Assembly (NCBI GenBank): GCA_965220745.1
Contig: CBDCQT010000013.1
Location: 992,001-1,056,000 of the forward strand
From: Alphaproteobacteria bacterium
GTDB lineage: Bacteria; Pseudomonadota; Alphaproteobacteria; UBA828
Direction of reading: 5' to 3'
Length of the DNA: 64,000 nt
The position numbers were made by a program, and so were the translations under genes. Positions 40,569-49,600 of the stretch are shown piece by piece (the first letter of the stretch is position 1; each line of letters begins with the position of its first letter). The notes below the pieces were generated by a model. The model was not told where the DNA came from. It saw nothing but the letters and a program-made list of their open reading frames with translations, and made no database searches.

Positions 40569-41108
40569 ATGACTGACGAAGTACCAGAGGGCGCCACACT
40601 CGGTGTCATCCCCGCCGGATTCTGGCGGCGGGTCGCGGCGTGGGTCATCGACACGATCATCGTGCTGGTGGGCGTCTACCTCGTCGGCTCGTTCCTGTGG
40701 CCCGACCTGGTGGAGACCACGACGCGCGTCTCGGAGAGCGATGGCGCGCGGCTGGAGGTGGTGAGCTATGCGCTCTCCTGGCTCGGCTCCATCGTCTTCG
40801 GCATCGCGCTCGGTGTCTACACGGCGCTGCAAGAGAGCAGTCGGGCCCAGGCGACCGTCGGCAAGCGCATGCTGGGGCTCCGGGTCACGGGTCTCGACGG
40901 CGGGCGCATCTCGCAGTTCACGGCGATCCTTCGCTGCTGGCCGCTCTGGCTCCCCGGCCTTATCAGCATGGTCGAGGGCCTGAATTACGTCGTCGGATTT
41001 GCGGCCATCGCCGCCTGCATCACGGTCGCTTTCACCCGCCGCAAGCAGGGCCTGCACGACATGCTGGCGCGCTGTTTGGTGGTGCGCCGGCCGCCGCGTG
41101 TCATATAA
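40569..41108 (+). CDS. RDD family membrane protein
   Basis: AGFWRRVAAWVID, QATVGKRMLGLRV, RKQGLHDMLA. Confidence 0.92.
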   Translation: MTDEVPEGATLGVIPAGFWRRVAAWVIDTIIVLVGVYLVGSFLWPDLVETTTRVSESDGARLEVVSYALSWLGSIVFGIALGVYTALQESSRAQATVGKRMLGLRVTGLDGGRISQFTAILRCWPLWLPGLISMVEGLNYVVGFAAIAACITVAFTRRKQGLHDMLARCLVVRRPPRVI

Positions 41109-41110
41109 GG
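40995..41110 (+). repeat. 116-bp direct repeat, copy 1 (3' end of RDD gene)
   Basis: Matches 43013-43128: 50-bp identical core (41031-41080), 2 mismatches in the last 80 bp, 10 in the first 36 bp. Confidence 0.95.
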
Positions 41111-41199
41111 AAGGCAGCAGACGGTATGGAGAGCTGGAGGGTCGTACGCATGGGAGGTAGTGAAGGCAGAGGGGTCCCAGCGGCTATCGAGAAAGGGGG

Positions 41200-41249
41200 T
41201 TGACGACGTCACTTTTTTGCTTCACGTTCGTGACCTGAAAAAGTGACGT
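41200..41249 (+). promoter_or_regulatory. promoter with nested palindromic operator
   Basis: TTGACG at 41200; ACGTCACTTTTT (41206-41217) / AAAAAGTGACGT (41238-41249) enclosing TCACG-TT-CGTGA (41222-41233). Confidence 0.7.
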
Positions 41250-41257
41250 GAGGGAAC

Positions 41258-41893
41258 ATGACCTCAGAGATTGTCCGGGATCCACGCTTGGTTGACCGTA
41301 GGCTCCGGCAGGACTTCAGTACCAACCGTCAGACGTTCATAGAGATTATTGCGGCCGCAGTCGCTGCGAGAGCGCGATGCACGTCCGACTCGCCGAGGTC
41401 GGCCGGCTCGTACTATGCGTGGGCAGAAGCGACAGCGAGGTTGCGCCAGATATTTCGACCGCAGGGCTGGGGCAGGAGTGATGACGAGGGAATCGAGACA
41501 ATCGTCAACCACGACAGGCGCCTCAAAATTGCCGCACTCAGCACAGATGAAGGAACTGCTGATGTCAGCCGCCATCCCAAAAACCGGACGGTAAAAGGAC
41601 CCGCCTCAGAGAGAGTTGTCCATCTGAACAACCAGCTCGAGTTTTTTGAGCCTGAAGAGATGGGGCCAGCCGTGGAATCCCAGTATTCCATGTGGTATCT
41701 GTGCATCTACGACGATGGCAAAAGAGTTCGGGCCGAACTATCAAGACCAATCGAGTTCAAAGGCGGATACGTCACGCGGTTTGGCAAACGTATATTTCTT
41801 TTGCAAGACGGCGATTGGGAGAAGGTGATCGTAACTAAACCGGATGCCGCAACCATACAAAGCAACTTTGAGATTGATGTGCGCCGCAAGTAG
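41258..41893 (+). CDS. uncharacterised protein, putative toxin/effector partner of XRE-ImmA protein
   Basis: 211-aa ORF with GAGGG RBS, 5 nt upstream of the XRE-peptidase gene; no motif I can name with confidence. Confidence 0.8.
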   Translation: MTSEIVRDPRLVDRRLRQDFSTNRQTFIEIIAAAVAARARCTSDSPRSAGSYYAWAEATARLRQIFRPQGWGRSDDEGIETIVNHDRRLKIAALSTDEGTADVSRHPKNRTVKGPASERVVHLNNQLEFFEPEEMGPAVESQYSMWYLCIYDDGKRVRAELSRPIEFKGGYVTRFGKRIFLLQDGDWEKVIVTKPDAATIQSNFEIDVRRK

Positions 41894-41898
41894 TAATC

Positions 41899-42969
41899 AT
41901 GTTCAATCCCTCTCGACTTGCTCTTGCGAGGAAACGCCGCCGATATACTAAGAAAGGGCTAGCCGAAGCGGTTGGAGTGACTCCGCGTTCAGTCCTGCGT
42001 TACGAGGCAGGAAAAATTGCGCCAACTAAAGAAGTAACAGCACGCCTTTCTCAAATTCTCGACTTTCCAGAGCAGTTTTTTCGAGACGATGACATTGATG
42101 AGTTAAACGCGGAGGCCGCTAGCTTTAGAAGCCTTAGCTCAATTTCGGCAAGGGATCGAGATTCGGCACTGGCGGCTGGTAGTTTGTCTTTCCTGCTTGC
42201 GGACTGGGTATTGGAAAAGTTCGATTTGCCCGAGCCAGATTTGCTCGATCTTGGCGGTGACACACCGGAAATCGCTTCGCGATCATTGCGGGAATATTGG
42301 GGCCTCGGAGAGCGGCCCATCAGCAATATGATACATCTATTGGAAGCAAAGGGGGTGCGACTGTTTTCAATAGCAGAAAATACCGCTACTGTTGATGCGT
42401 TCTCGGTCTGGAGAGGAGAAACACCGTATATATTTCTGAATACAATGAAGACAGGGGAACGGAGTCGATATGACGCCGCGCATGAACTGGGGCACCTAGT
42501 GTTGCATCGCGAAGGCGGAACCAAAGGGCGAGCGGCCGAACATGAGGCAAATAATTTTGCGTCAGCTTTCTTGCTACCAGAGGCTGATATCATAGCTACT
42601 CTACCTCGCGTTCATACGCTCAATCAGGTCATAGAAGCAAAAAAGAGATGGTCTGTATCGGTTATGGCTCTTTTGCACCGACTAAGGCGGCTGGAGATAA
42701 TGTCGGATTGGCAATATCGGATGTTTTGCATTGACGCGACACGCCTTGGATACAGGCGCGCTGAACCATTTGGGATTGGCAGAGAGCGTTCAGTCGTGTG
42801 GCAAAAAGTGTTGACCATGTTGTGGAACGAGCGTGTTACGAAAGCCGATATTGCAGAAGGTCTGCACATCACCCCCGATGAGGCTGAAAACCTTTTGTTC
42901 GGACTTACAGGTCAGCCGACCGGGGAACGGGTGGCCGAAGTCGACTCTGCCGTGAGGTTGGTTCAGTAA
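41899..42969 (+). CDS. XRE-family HTH fused to ImmA/IrrE (DUF955) zinc metallopeptidase
   Basis: N-terminal HTH (RLALARKRRRYTKKGLAEAVGVT...RYEAG), FRS linker, RYDAAHELGHLVLH (HExxH), EHEANNFASAFLLP. Confidence 0.93.
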   Translation: MFNPSRLALARKRRRYTKKGLAEAVGVTPRSVLRYEAGKIAPTKEVTARLSQILDFPEQFFRDDDIDELNAEAASFRSLSSISARDRDSALAAGSLSFLLADWVLEKFDLPEPDLLDLGGDTPEIASRSLREYWGLGERPISNMIHLLEAKGVRLFSIAENTATVDAFSVWRGETPYIFLNTMKTGERSRYDAAHELGHLVLHREGGTKGRAAEHEANNFASAFLLPEADIIATLPRVHTLNQVIEAKKRWSVSVMALLHRLRRLEIMSDWQYRMFCIDATRLGYRRAEPFGIGRERSVVWQKVLTMLWNERVTKADIAEGLHITPDEAENLLFGLTGQPTGERVAEVDSAVRLVQ

Positions 42970-43012
42970 TTCCACGCTCTTCGGGGAGATTGTTGGATTC
43001 GGTTTCCCGACA

Positions 43013-43128
43013 GGCTTCGCCGCTATCACGGCCTGCCTGACCGTCGCCTTCACCCGCCGCAAGCAGGGCCTGCACGACATGCTGGCGCGCTGTTTGGTAG
43101 TGCGCCAGCCGCCGCGTGTCATATAAGG
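43013..43128 (+). repeat. 116-bp direct repeat, copy 2 (orphan RDD 3' fragment)
   Basis: Encodes GFAAITACLTVAFTRRKQGLHDMLARCLVVRQPPRVI* versus GFAAIAACITVAFTRRKQGLHDMLARCLVVRRPPRVI* in copy 1. Confidence 0.95.
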
Positions 43129-43219
43129 GGCGCGCGGAGGGCACTCGCACCCGCCGGGCTTTTGCGCCATGATCGCGCGCCGGTGAGCGGAGGAGTCGCC
43201 GGGGGCAGGGGGCGAAGAT

Positions 43220-44149
43220 ATGGTCGTCGAGCGCGCGAACGAGCGGGTCTGCTACTTCAACGGGGAGATCGTCCCGGAGAGCCGGGCCCTGGTCTCCTTC
43301 CGCGACAGAAGCTTCCGTTATGGCGACGGCGCCTTCGATACCACCCGCACCTTCGGGCACCGCCTGTTCAAGCTGGAAGAGCACATCGTGCGCTTCTACA
43401 AGACCCTGCGGTATCTCAGGATCGACCCCGGCATGGCGCCCTCGGAGATGAAGCGCCACACCGAGGAGGTGCTCGCCCGCAACCTGCACCTGCTCGGGCC
43501 GGACGAGGACTACTGGGTGTTCCAGCGCATCTCCCGCGGTCTCGAGCCGGCGGGCGGCGATTTCCACGGCTCGACCGACCCGGTGCTCATCATCGACTGC
43601 ACGCCGCTTCCGATCCCCCAGCGCGCCCACTATTTCCGCGACGGGATTCCGTTGATGGTTCCCTCGAACCGCCGGGCGGCGCCGGATTCGCTCTCCCCCA
43701 GGGCAAAGACCCACAACTACCTGAGCCTGTTCGTCGGCAATGACGAGGTGCGCCGTATCGACCCCAATGCCCTGGCGTTGTTCCTCGACCACAACGGCAA
43801 TCTCAGCGAGGGCGTCGGCTCCAACATCTTCCTCGTCACCGACGATGTGCTCTACACCCCGCAGGACCGCTACGTGCTCAACGGCATCAGCCGCGAGACC
43901 GTGCTGGAGCTTGCGGCAGAGGCGGACATCGAGGTGGTGAAGTGCGACCTCGATCTGTTCGACGCGCACGGTGCCGACGAAGCCTTCATCACGTCGACGA
44001 GCTATTGCGTCTGCCCGGTGTCGACCATCAACGGGGTGCCCTTCGGCGAGCGGAACATCCCCGGCCCGGTGACGGAGCGGCTGATGGGGCTCTACTGCAA
44101 GCTCATCGGCTTCGACTTCGTGGGCCAGTACCTCAAGCACCTTCACTAG
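43220..44149 (+). CDS. aminotransferase class IV (IlvE/Dat/PabC family)
   Basis: YGDGAFDT, PRAKTHNYL (PLP Lys), EGVGSNIF, LNGISR, ADEAFITST. Confidence 0.9.
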   Translation: MVVERANERVCYFNGEIVPESRALVSFRDRSFRYGDGAFDTTRTFGHRLFKLEEHIVRFYKTLRYLRIDPGMAPSEMKRHTEEVLARNLHLLGPDEDYWVFQRISRGLEPAGGDFHGSTDPVLIIDCTPLPIPQRAHYFRDGIPLMVPSNRRAAPDSLSPRAKTHNYLSLFVGNDEVRRIDPNALALFLDHNGNLSEGVGSNIFLVTDDVLYTPQDRYVLNGISRETVLELAAEADIEVVKCDLDLFDAHGADEAFITSTSYCVCPVSTINGVPFGERNIPGPVTERLMGLYCKLIGFDFVGQYLKHLH

Positions 44150-44169
44150 TGCGTTAGGAGACCTCGACC

Positions 44170-45138
44170 ATGCTTGAGATCGTCAAGCCGGGACTCGAGA
44201 CCAGCATTCAGGATTTCCCCGGCCGTGTCGGCTACTGGAACCAGGGCTTCCCGCCGTCCGGCCCGATGGACATGTGGTCGTTCCGCCTCGCCAACCTCGT
44301 GGTCGGCAACGACGAGGGCGCGCCGGGGCTGGAGGCCCAGTTCATGGGGCCGACGATCAAGTTCCAGCGCGACGGCGTGATCGCCATGACCGGCGCCAAC
44401 ATGCGCCCAATCCTCGACGGGCAGCCGATCCCGATGTGGGAGAGCGTGGCGGTGGGCGCCGGGCAGACGCTCTTGATGGGGCCGGCGATCGCCGGCGCGC
44501 GCGGCTATCTCGCGGTGGCGGGAGGCATCGACGCGCCGGAGTGGCTGGGCTCGGCGTCCACCTTCCACAAGGCCGGGGTCGGCGGGCTCGACGGCCACGC
44601 GGTGCGGGCAGGGCAGGTGCTCCCGGTGAAGGAGGCCGCCGGCACGCCGGGCCGGCGCATCGCCGATCGCGCGCGGCCGACCTTCCCAGGCGGCAAGACC
44701 TGGGAAATTCAGGCGGTGCGGGGGCCGAACGACGACTGGATCGACGACGCGGGCCACGAGCGCTTCATCGAGACGGCGTGGATGCTGGAGGCCCGGAGCG
44801 ATCGCACGGGCTATCGTCTGAGCGGGCCGGACTGGACCTTCACCGAGAAGGCCACGAACAAGGCGCCGGAGCACGGCGACTTCCCCTCCAACATCATCGA
44901 TCAGGGCTATCCGCTGGGGGCGATCAACCTGGGCGGCCAGACGCCGATCATCCTGATGAACGACGGCCCCAGCATGGGCGGCTTCATCTGCCCCTACACG
45001 GTGCCGTCCGCCGGCTTCTGGAAGCTCGGTCAGATGAAGCCCAACGAGTACATCAAGTTCCGCGAGGTCTCGGTGGGGGAGGCGCAGCAGCTGCGCCTGG
45101 CCCTCGACGAGACCTGCACGCACGACAGCATCGAATAA
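44170..45138 (+). CDS. pxpC: 5-oxoprolinase subunit C / urea-carboxylase-type carboxyltransferase domain protein
   Basis: PGLETSIQD, GFPPSGPMD, ANLVVGN, RGYLAVAGG, SDRTGYRL, DGPSMGGF. Confidence 0.8.
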   Translation: MLEIVKPGLETSIQDFPGRVGYWNQGFPPSGPMDMWSFRLANLVVGNDEGAPGLEAQFMGPTIKFQRDGVIAMTGANMRPILDGQPIPMWESVAVGAGQTLLMGPAIAGARGYLAVAGGIDAPEWLGSASTFHKAGVGGLDGHAVRAGQVLPVKEAAGTPGRRIADRARPTFPGGKTWEIQAVRGPNDDWIDDAGHERFIETAWMLEARSDRTGYRLSGPDWTFTEKATNKAPEHGDFPSNIIDQGYPLGAINLGGQTPIILMNDGPSMGGFICPYTVPSAGFWKLGQMKPNEYIKFREVSVGEAQQLRLALDETCTHDSIE

Positions 45139-45152
45139 GAGGAGATCGGTCG

Positions 45153-45368
45153 ATGGCGGAGGAGGTTCTGACCCAGGCGCCGGGCAATGTGTGGAAGGTC
45201 CTGGTGAAGGAGGGCGATTCGGTCAAGGCCGGCGACACCCTGTTCATCCTCGAGGTGATGAAGACCGAGGTGCCCCACGACGCCGAAGGCGACGGCACGG
45301 TCAAGGCGCTCCACGTCAAGGAGGAGGACGCCGTCGACGTGGGCCAGCTCGCGGTGGTGATCGAATAG
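45153..45368 (+). CDS. biotin carboxyl carrier protein (stand-alone biotinyl domain)
   Basis: ILEVMKTE biotinylation motif; 71 aa; GAGGAG RBS. Confidence 0.88.
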   Translation: MAEEVLTQAPGNVWKVLVKEGDSVKAGDTLFILEVMKTEVPHDAEGDGTVKALHVKEEDAVDVGQLAVVIE

Positions 45369-45408
45369 ACCGCGCGCGGGCGGTTTCGCCGGCGGCCGGG
45401 GCAGGGGC

Positions 45409-46659
45409 ATGAGGGTCCTGGTGCTCGGCGCCGGGGTGGTCGGCACCGCCGCGGCTTACTTCCTGAACGAGGCCGGCCACGAGGTCACCGTGGTCGAGCG
45501 CCAGTCGGGCGCCGGGCTGGAGACCAGCTTCGCCAACGGCGGCATCGTCGGCGCCTACAGCTCGCGGCCCTGGGCACACCCCGAAGTGCCCCGCATGCTG
45601 ATCAAGTGGTTCGGGCGAGAGGATGCGCCCTACCTGTTCCGCCTGCGCCCGGACCTCGCCCAGTGGCGCTGGGCCGTAAGCTTCCTGCGCCATTGCACGC
45701 GGGCGCAGTTTGAGCGCTCCCAGCAGGTCTCGCTCAAGCTTTCGACCTACAGCTACGAGTGCCTGAAGGCGCTGCGCGAGAAGGAGGGGATCGCCTACGA
45801 CCAGCGCGCCGAGGGGGTGCTTCACCTCCACCGCGATGCTTCGTCGCTGGATGCGTCCTACGCCTACGAGACGCGGATGGCGGACGCGCGCTTCCATCCA
45901 GAGCGCCTGGATCGCGACCAGATGCTCGCAGCCGAGCCCGCGCTGCAGCAGACCGCGGACCAGTTCGCGGGCGCCACCTTCTTTCGGAACGACGAATCGG
46001 GCGATGCGCACAAGTTCACGGCAGCGCTCGCTGCGGCCGCAGCCGCGAATGGCGTGACGTTCCGGTTCGGCGAGACGGTGCAGCGGCTGAGCGGCGACCG
46101 CCGGCGCGTGACCGGGGCGGAGACCGACAAGGGCGCCATCGAGGCCGACGCGGTGGTGATGTGCCTCGCGAGCTACAGCCCGCGCTTCCTCAAGCGCCTC
46201 GGCGTGCGGGTGCCGATCTATCCGCTCAAGGGCTACTCGGTGACGATCCCGACGGCGGGCTACAACGGGGCGCCGACGCGGGCGATCCACGACGGCCACC
46301 GGCGCATCGTCATGAGCCGGCTGGGCGACCGGCTGCGCTGCGCCGGCACCGCCGAGCTGGACGGCCACAACACGACCATCCGCGCCGACCGGGCGAGGGC
46401 GACGCTGGACGCGGCGATGGCGGTGTTCCCGAGCTGCGGCGACCGCACCAAGGCCGAGCGCTGGATCGGCTTCCGCCCGATGACGCCGGACTGCCTGCCG
46501 ATCATCGGCAAGACGCAGGTTCCGGGGCTCTACCTGGATACCGGCCACGGCAGCACCGGCTGGACCTACTCGTCGGGCTCGGGCCGGATCATTGCGGACA
46601 TCGTCTCGGGCCGGGAGCCTGGCATCGACCTAGCGGGCCTGCGGCCGGACCGCTTCTAA
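45409..46659 (+). CDS. dadA: D-amino acid dehydrogenase
   Basis: VLGAGVVG, ETSFANGG, IYPLKGYS, RCAGTAE, FRPMTPD, TGHGSTGWT. Confidence 0.85.
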   Translation: MRVLVLGAGVVGTAAAYFLNEAGHEVTVVERQSGAGLETSFANGGIVGAYSSRPWAHPEVPRMLIKWFGREDAPYLFRLRPDLAQWRWAVSFLRHCTRAQFERSQQVSLKLSTYSYECLKALREKEGIAYDQRAEGVLHLHRDASSLDASYAYETRMADARFHPERLDRDQMLAAEPALQQTADQFAGATFFRNDESGDAHKFTAALAAAAAANGVTFRFGETVQRLSGDRRRVTGAETDKGAIEADAVVMCLASYSPRFLKRLGVRVPIYPLKGYSVTIPTAGYNGAPTRAIHDGHRRIVMSRLGDRLRCAGTAELDGHNTTIRADRARATLDAAMAVFPSCGDRTKAERWIGFRPMTPDCLPIIGKTQVPGLYLDTGHGSTGWTYSSGSGRIIADIVSGREPGIDLAGLRPDRF

Positions 46660-46695
46660 CCCGGAGTTCTCAAACGCGATTTAAGGCGCCGCCGG

Positions 46696-49600
46696 TCAGG
46701 CGTCGCCGTTCCCCAGCAGGCGATCGTAGTGCCCGGCGGTGCGGGCCGCGGTCTCGCGCATCGCCTCCTTGAGCGAATCGATGTTGGTTACGTCGCAGGC
46801 CCGCTCGATCACGGCGAGCAGAGCCGGCGGTGCCGTCGCTTCGACGAAGCCCTCTTCCACGGTCAGGCTCAGGATGCCGTGCAGGTTGCGCCATAACGTC
46901 GCCGCATCGGCGAGTTCCTGCGCGGCCTCGGGCTCGATCAGGCCGTGGCTGCCTGCGGCCTCGAAGACTGCGGCCGAGTCACCGGCGAGAACGCCGTCGA
47001 TCTCCGCGGCATGCGACAGTTGCAGGTATTGCGCAACGAATTCCGTATCGAGCAGGCCGCCACGCTTCTGTTCGATCGCCCAGATATCTTCGTCGGCACT
47101 CTCGCCCCGCACCTCCTCGCGCAAGGTCACGAGCTGGGCGGCGAGATCTTCGGGCGGGGGCGCGTTCGCGAGCGCGGTGCGGCGCGCGTCCTCGAAACGC
47201 TCTTCCAGATCGCCCTCCGCCCAGACCACCCGCGCGCGAGCGAGCGCCTGGTGCTGCCAAGCCGGAACGACCGCGCCGAAGTGCTCGATGAAGGCCTCGA
47301 GCGAAGTGACGATGGGCCCGGCGTTGCCGGACGGGCGCGGGCGCATGTCCACGTCGTAGAGCGTGCCCTCGGCCGTCGCTGCCCTGATCGCCGCAACGTA
47401 GCGCCGGCTCAGCTGCCCGTAATAGCGATCGGGTGCCAAGGCCTTGCGTCCGTCAGATTCCGCCGCGTTCGGCGGGTGGTCGTAGACCAGCATGAGGTCG
47501 AGCGGCGACGTCACCGTCATTTCCCGACTGCCGAGGCGGCCCAACGCGACCACGGCGAGTTGGCCGCCGGGGACGCGGCCGTGGGTGGCCGCGAAGGTCT
47601 TGGCGACCACGGGCCACGTCGCGCCGAGGCAGGCGTCCGCGATGTCGGAGAGCGGTGTGGCGGCTTCGACCGGGAAGAGCAGCCCGCGCAGCATGTGCAC
47701 GCCGATGTGGAAGATCTTGTCGTTGGCCCAGCGCCGCTCCGCGTCGAGGAAGTCCTGCAGGTCCCGTTCCCGCAGCGCGATGTCGCCGAGCTCGGCCTTC
47801 ATTTCCTCGGTGCCGAATTCGCGCTGATAAAACACGCGGACGAGGCCGCGCCGGGCGATGGTGGCGAGTTCCGGCCCTAGGTCGTCGGCGTCCGGCACGT
47901 CCAGATCGGAGAACTCGCGGCTCAGCACGCTGTCGAGCAGCATGGGGCGGTGCTCCAGCCAGCCCGCGAGACGGGGCGCGGAGCCCATGATCTCGGTGAT
48001 CAGGTCGAACAGCTCGGGATGAGCGGCGAACATCGAGAAGAGGTGAGAGCCGGCCGGCAGGCGGGCGAGAAAGCCGTCGAAGAGAGCGAGCGCCGAATCG
48101 GGATCGGGCCAGGCGGCGAAGAGGTCCAGGATCGTCGGCAGCAACTCCGCCAGCCGCTCGCGGGCTTCCTCGCCGCGCACGGCCCGGTAGCGCCCCTCGT
48201 GCCAGGCCTTGAGCGTCTCGAACGCGCGCTCGGGATGCGCATAGCCCATGCTGGCCAGGGTCTCCAGCGTGGCATCGCCGTCACCGTCGGGACTGAGGTC
48301 GAGGGTGCCGGTCGCGGTGAGCGACGGCTCGTCCTCGAACAGCGTCGCGTAGTGACGTTCCACCGTGCGCAGGCGGGCGAGCAGGGTCTCGGTGAAGTCC
48401 TCGAGACTGTCGTAGCCGAGGAACGTGGCCACCTGTGCCACGCCGTCCTCGTCGTCCGGCAGGCTGTGGGTCTGACGGTCGTCCGCCATCTGCAGCCGGT
48501 GCTCGACCGTGCGGTGGAAGGTGTAGGCTTCCATCAGCTCTTCCACCGCTTGACGGCGCATGTGGCCGGCTTCCACCAGGAGGTCGAAGGCCTGCCGCGT
48601 CCCGCGCACCCGTAGCGCCGGGTCGCGCCCGCCCCAGATGAGTTGCTGAGTCTGGGCCAGGAACTCGATCTCGCGGATACCACCGCGTCCGAGCTTGACG
48701 TTGTGGCCGACCACGGCGATCTGACCGATACCGCGGTGAGCGTCGATCTGGCGCTTGATCGCGCGGATGTTCTGGATTGCGGCGAAGTCGAGATGACGGC
48801 GCCAGACGAAGGGCTGCAGCCGCTCGAGGAATCCGTTGCCGGCCTCGATGTCGCCGGCCACGGGCTTCGCCTTGATCATGGCGGCCCGCTCCCAGTTCTC
48901 GCCGGTGGTGGCGTAATAGGCCTCGGCGGCACGGACCGAGAGGGCCGCGGCGGTCGAGGCGGGGTCGGGGCGGAGGCGGAGGTCGGTGCGGAAGACGTAA
49001 CCGTCCGCCGTGCGCTCGTCCATGATGGTGACCAGGTGGCGGGCGAGACGGGCGAAGATCTGCTGCAATCCGTCGCCGCTCGGATCGGACGCGACCTCCT
49101 CGTCGAAGAGGACGATGATGTCGACGTCGCTGGAATAGTTGAGCTCGCCCGCGCCGAGCTTGCCCATGCCGAGGATGATGAGGCCGGAGCCTTGTTCGGG
49201 CGCATCGGGGTCCGGGAGCGCGAGCTTGCCGCGATCGTGCAGGTTCCGCAGCAGGTGGGTGCAGACGGCGCTGAGCGTCACCGAAGCGATGTCGGAGAGC
49301 GCGCCGGTGACCCGCTCCAGCGGCCAGACCGCGGCGATGTCGGCCATGCCGATGGCGAGGCTGGCGCGGCGCTTCGCCACCCGCAGGCGCTTCATCACCT
49401 GCTGCCGCGACTCCTCGCCGAGGGCTCTGGTATCCGCCGCCAGCGCGCGCGCCGTGGCGTAGGCTGCCTCCGCCCCCTGCTCGATCAGTATTTGCGCGAA
49501 TTCCTGGTCGGCGGTGAGGCAATGGCTGAGGTAGCGGCTGTTGCCGAACAGCGCTGCGAGCAGCGCATTGGTGGTGGCGTCGGCTTCGCTCGCCTCGGCG

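Larger units (their letters stand above)
41111..43128. mobile_element. integrase-less low-GC genomic islet inserted at the RDD gene 3' end
   Basis: Abrupt switch to AT-richer codons; bounded by the 116-bp direct repeat; two cargo genes only. Confidence 0.8.
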
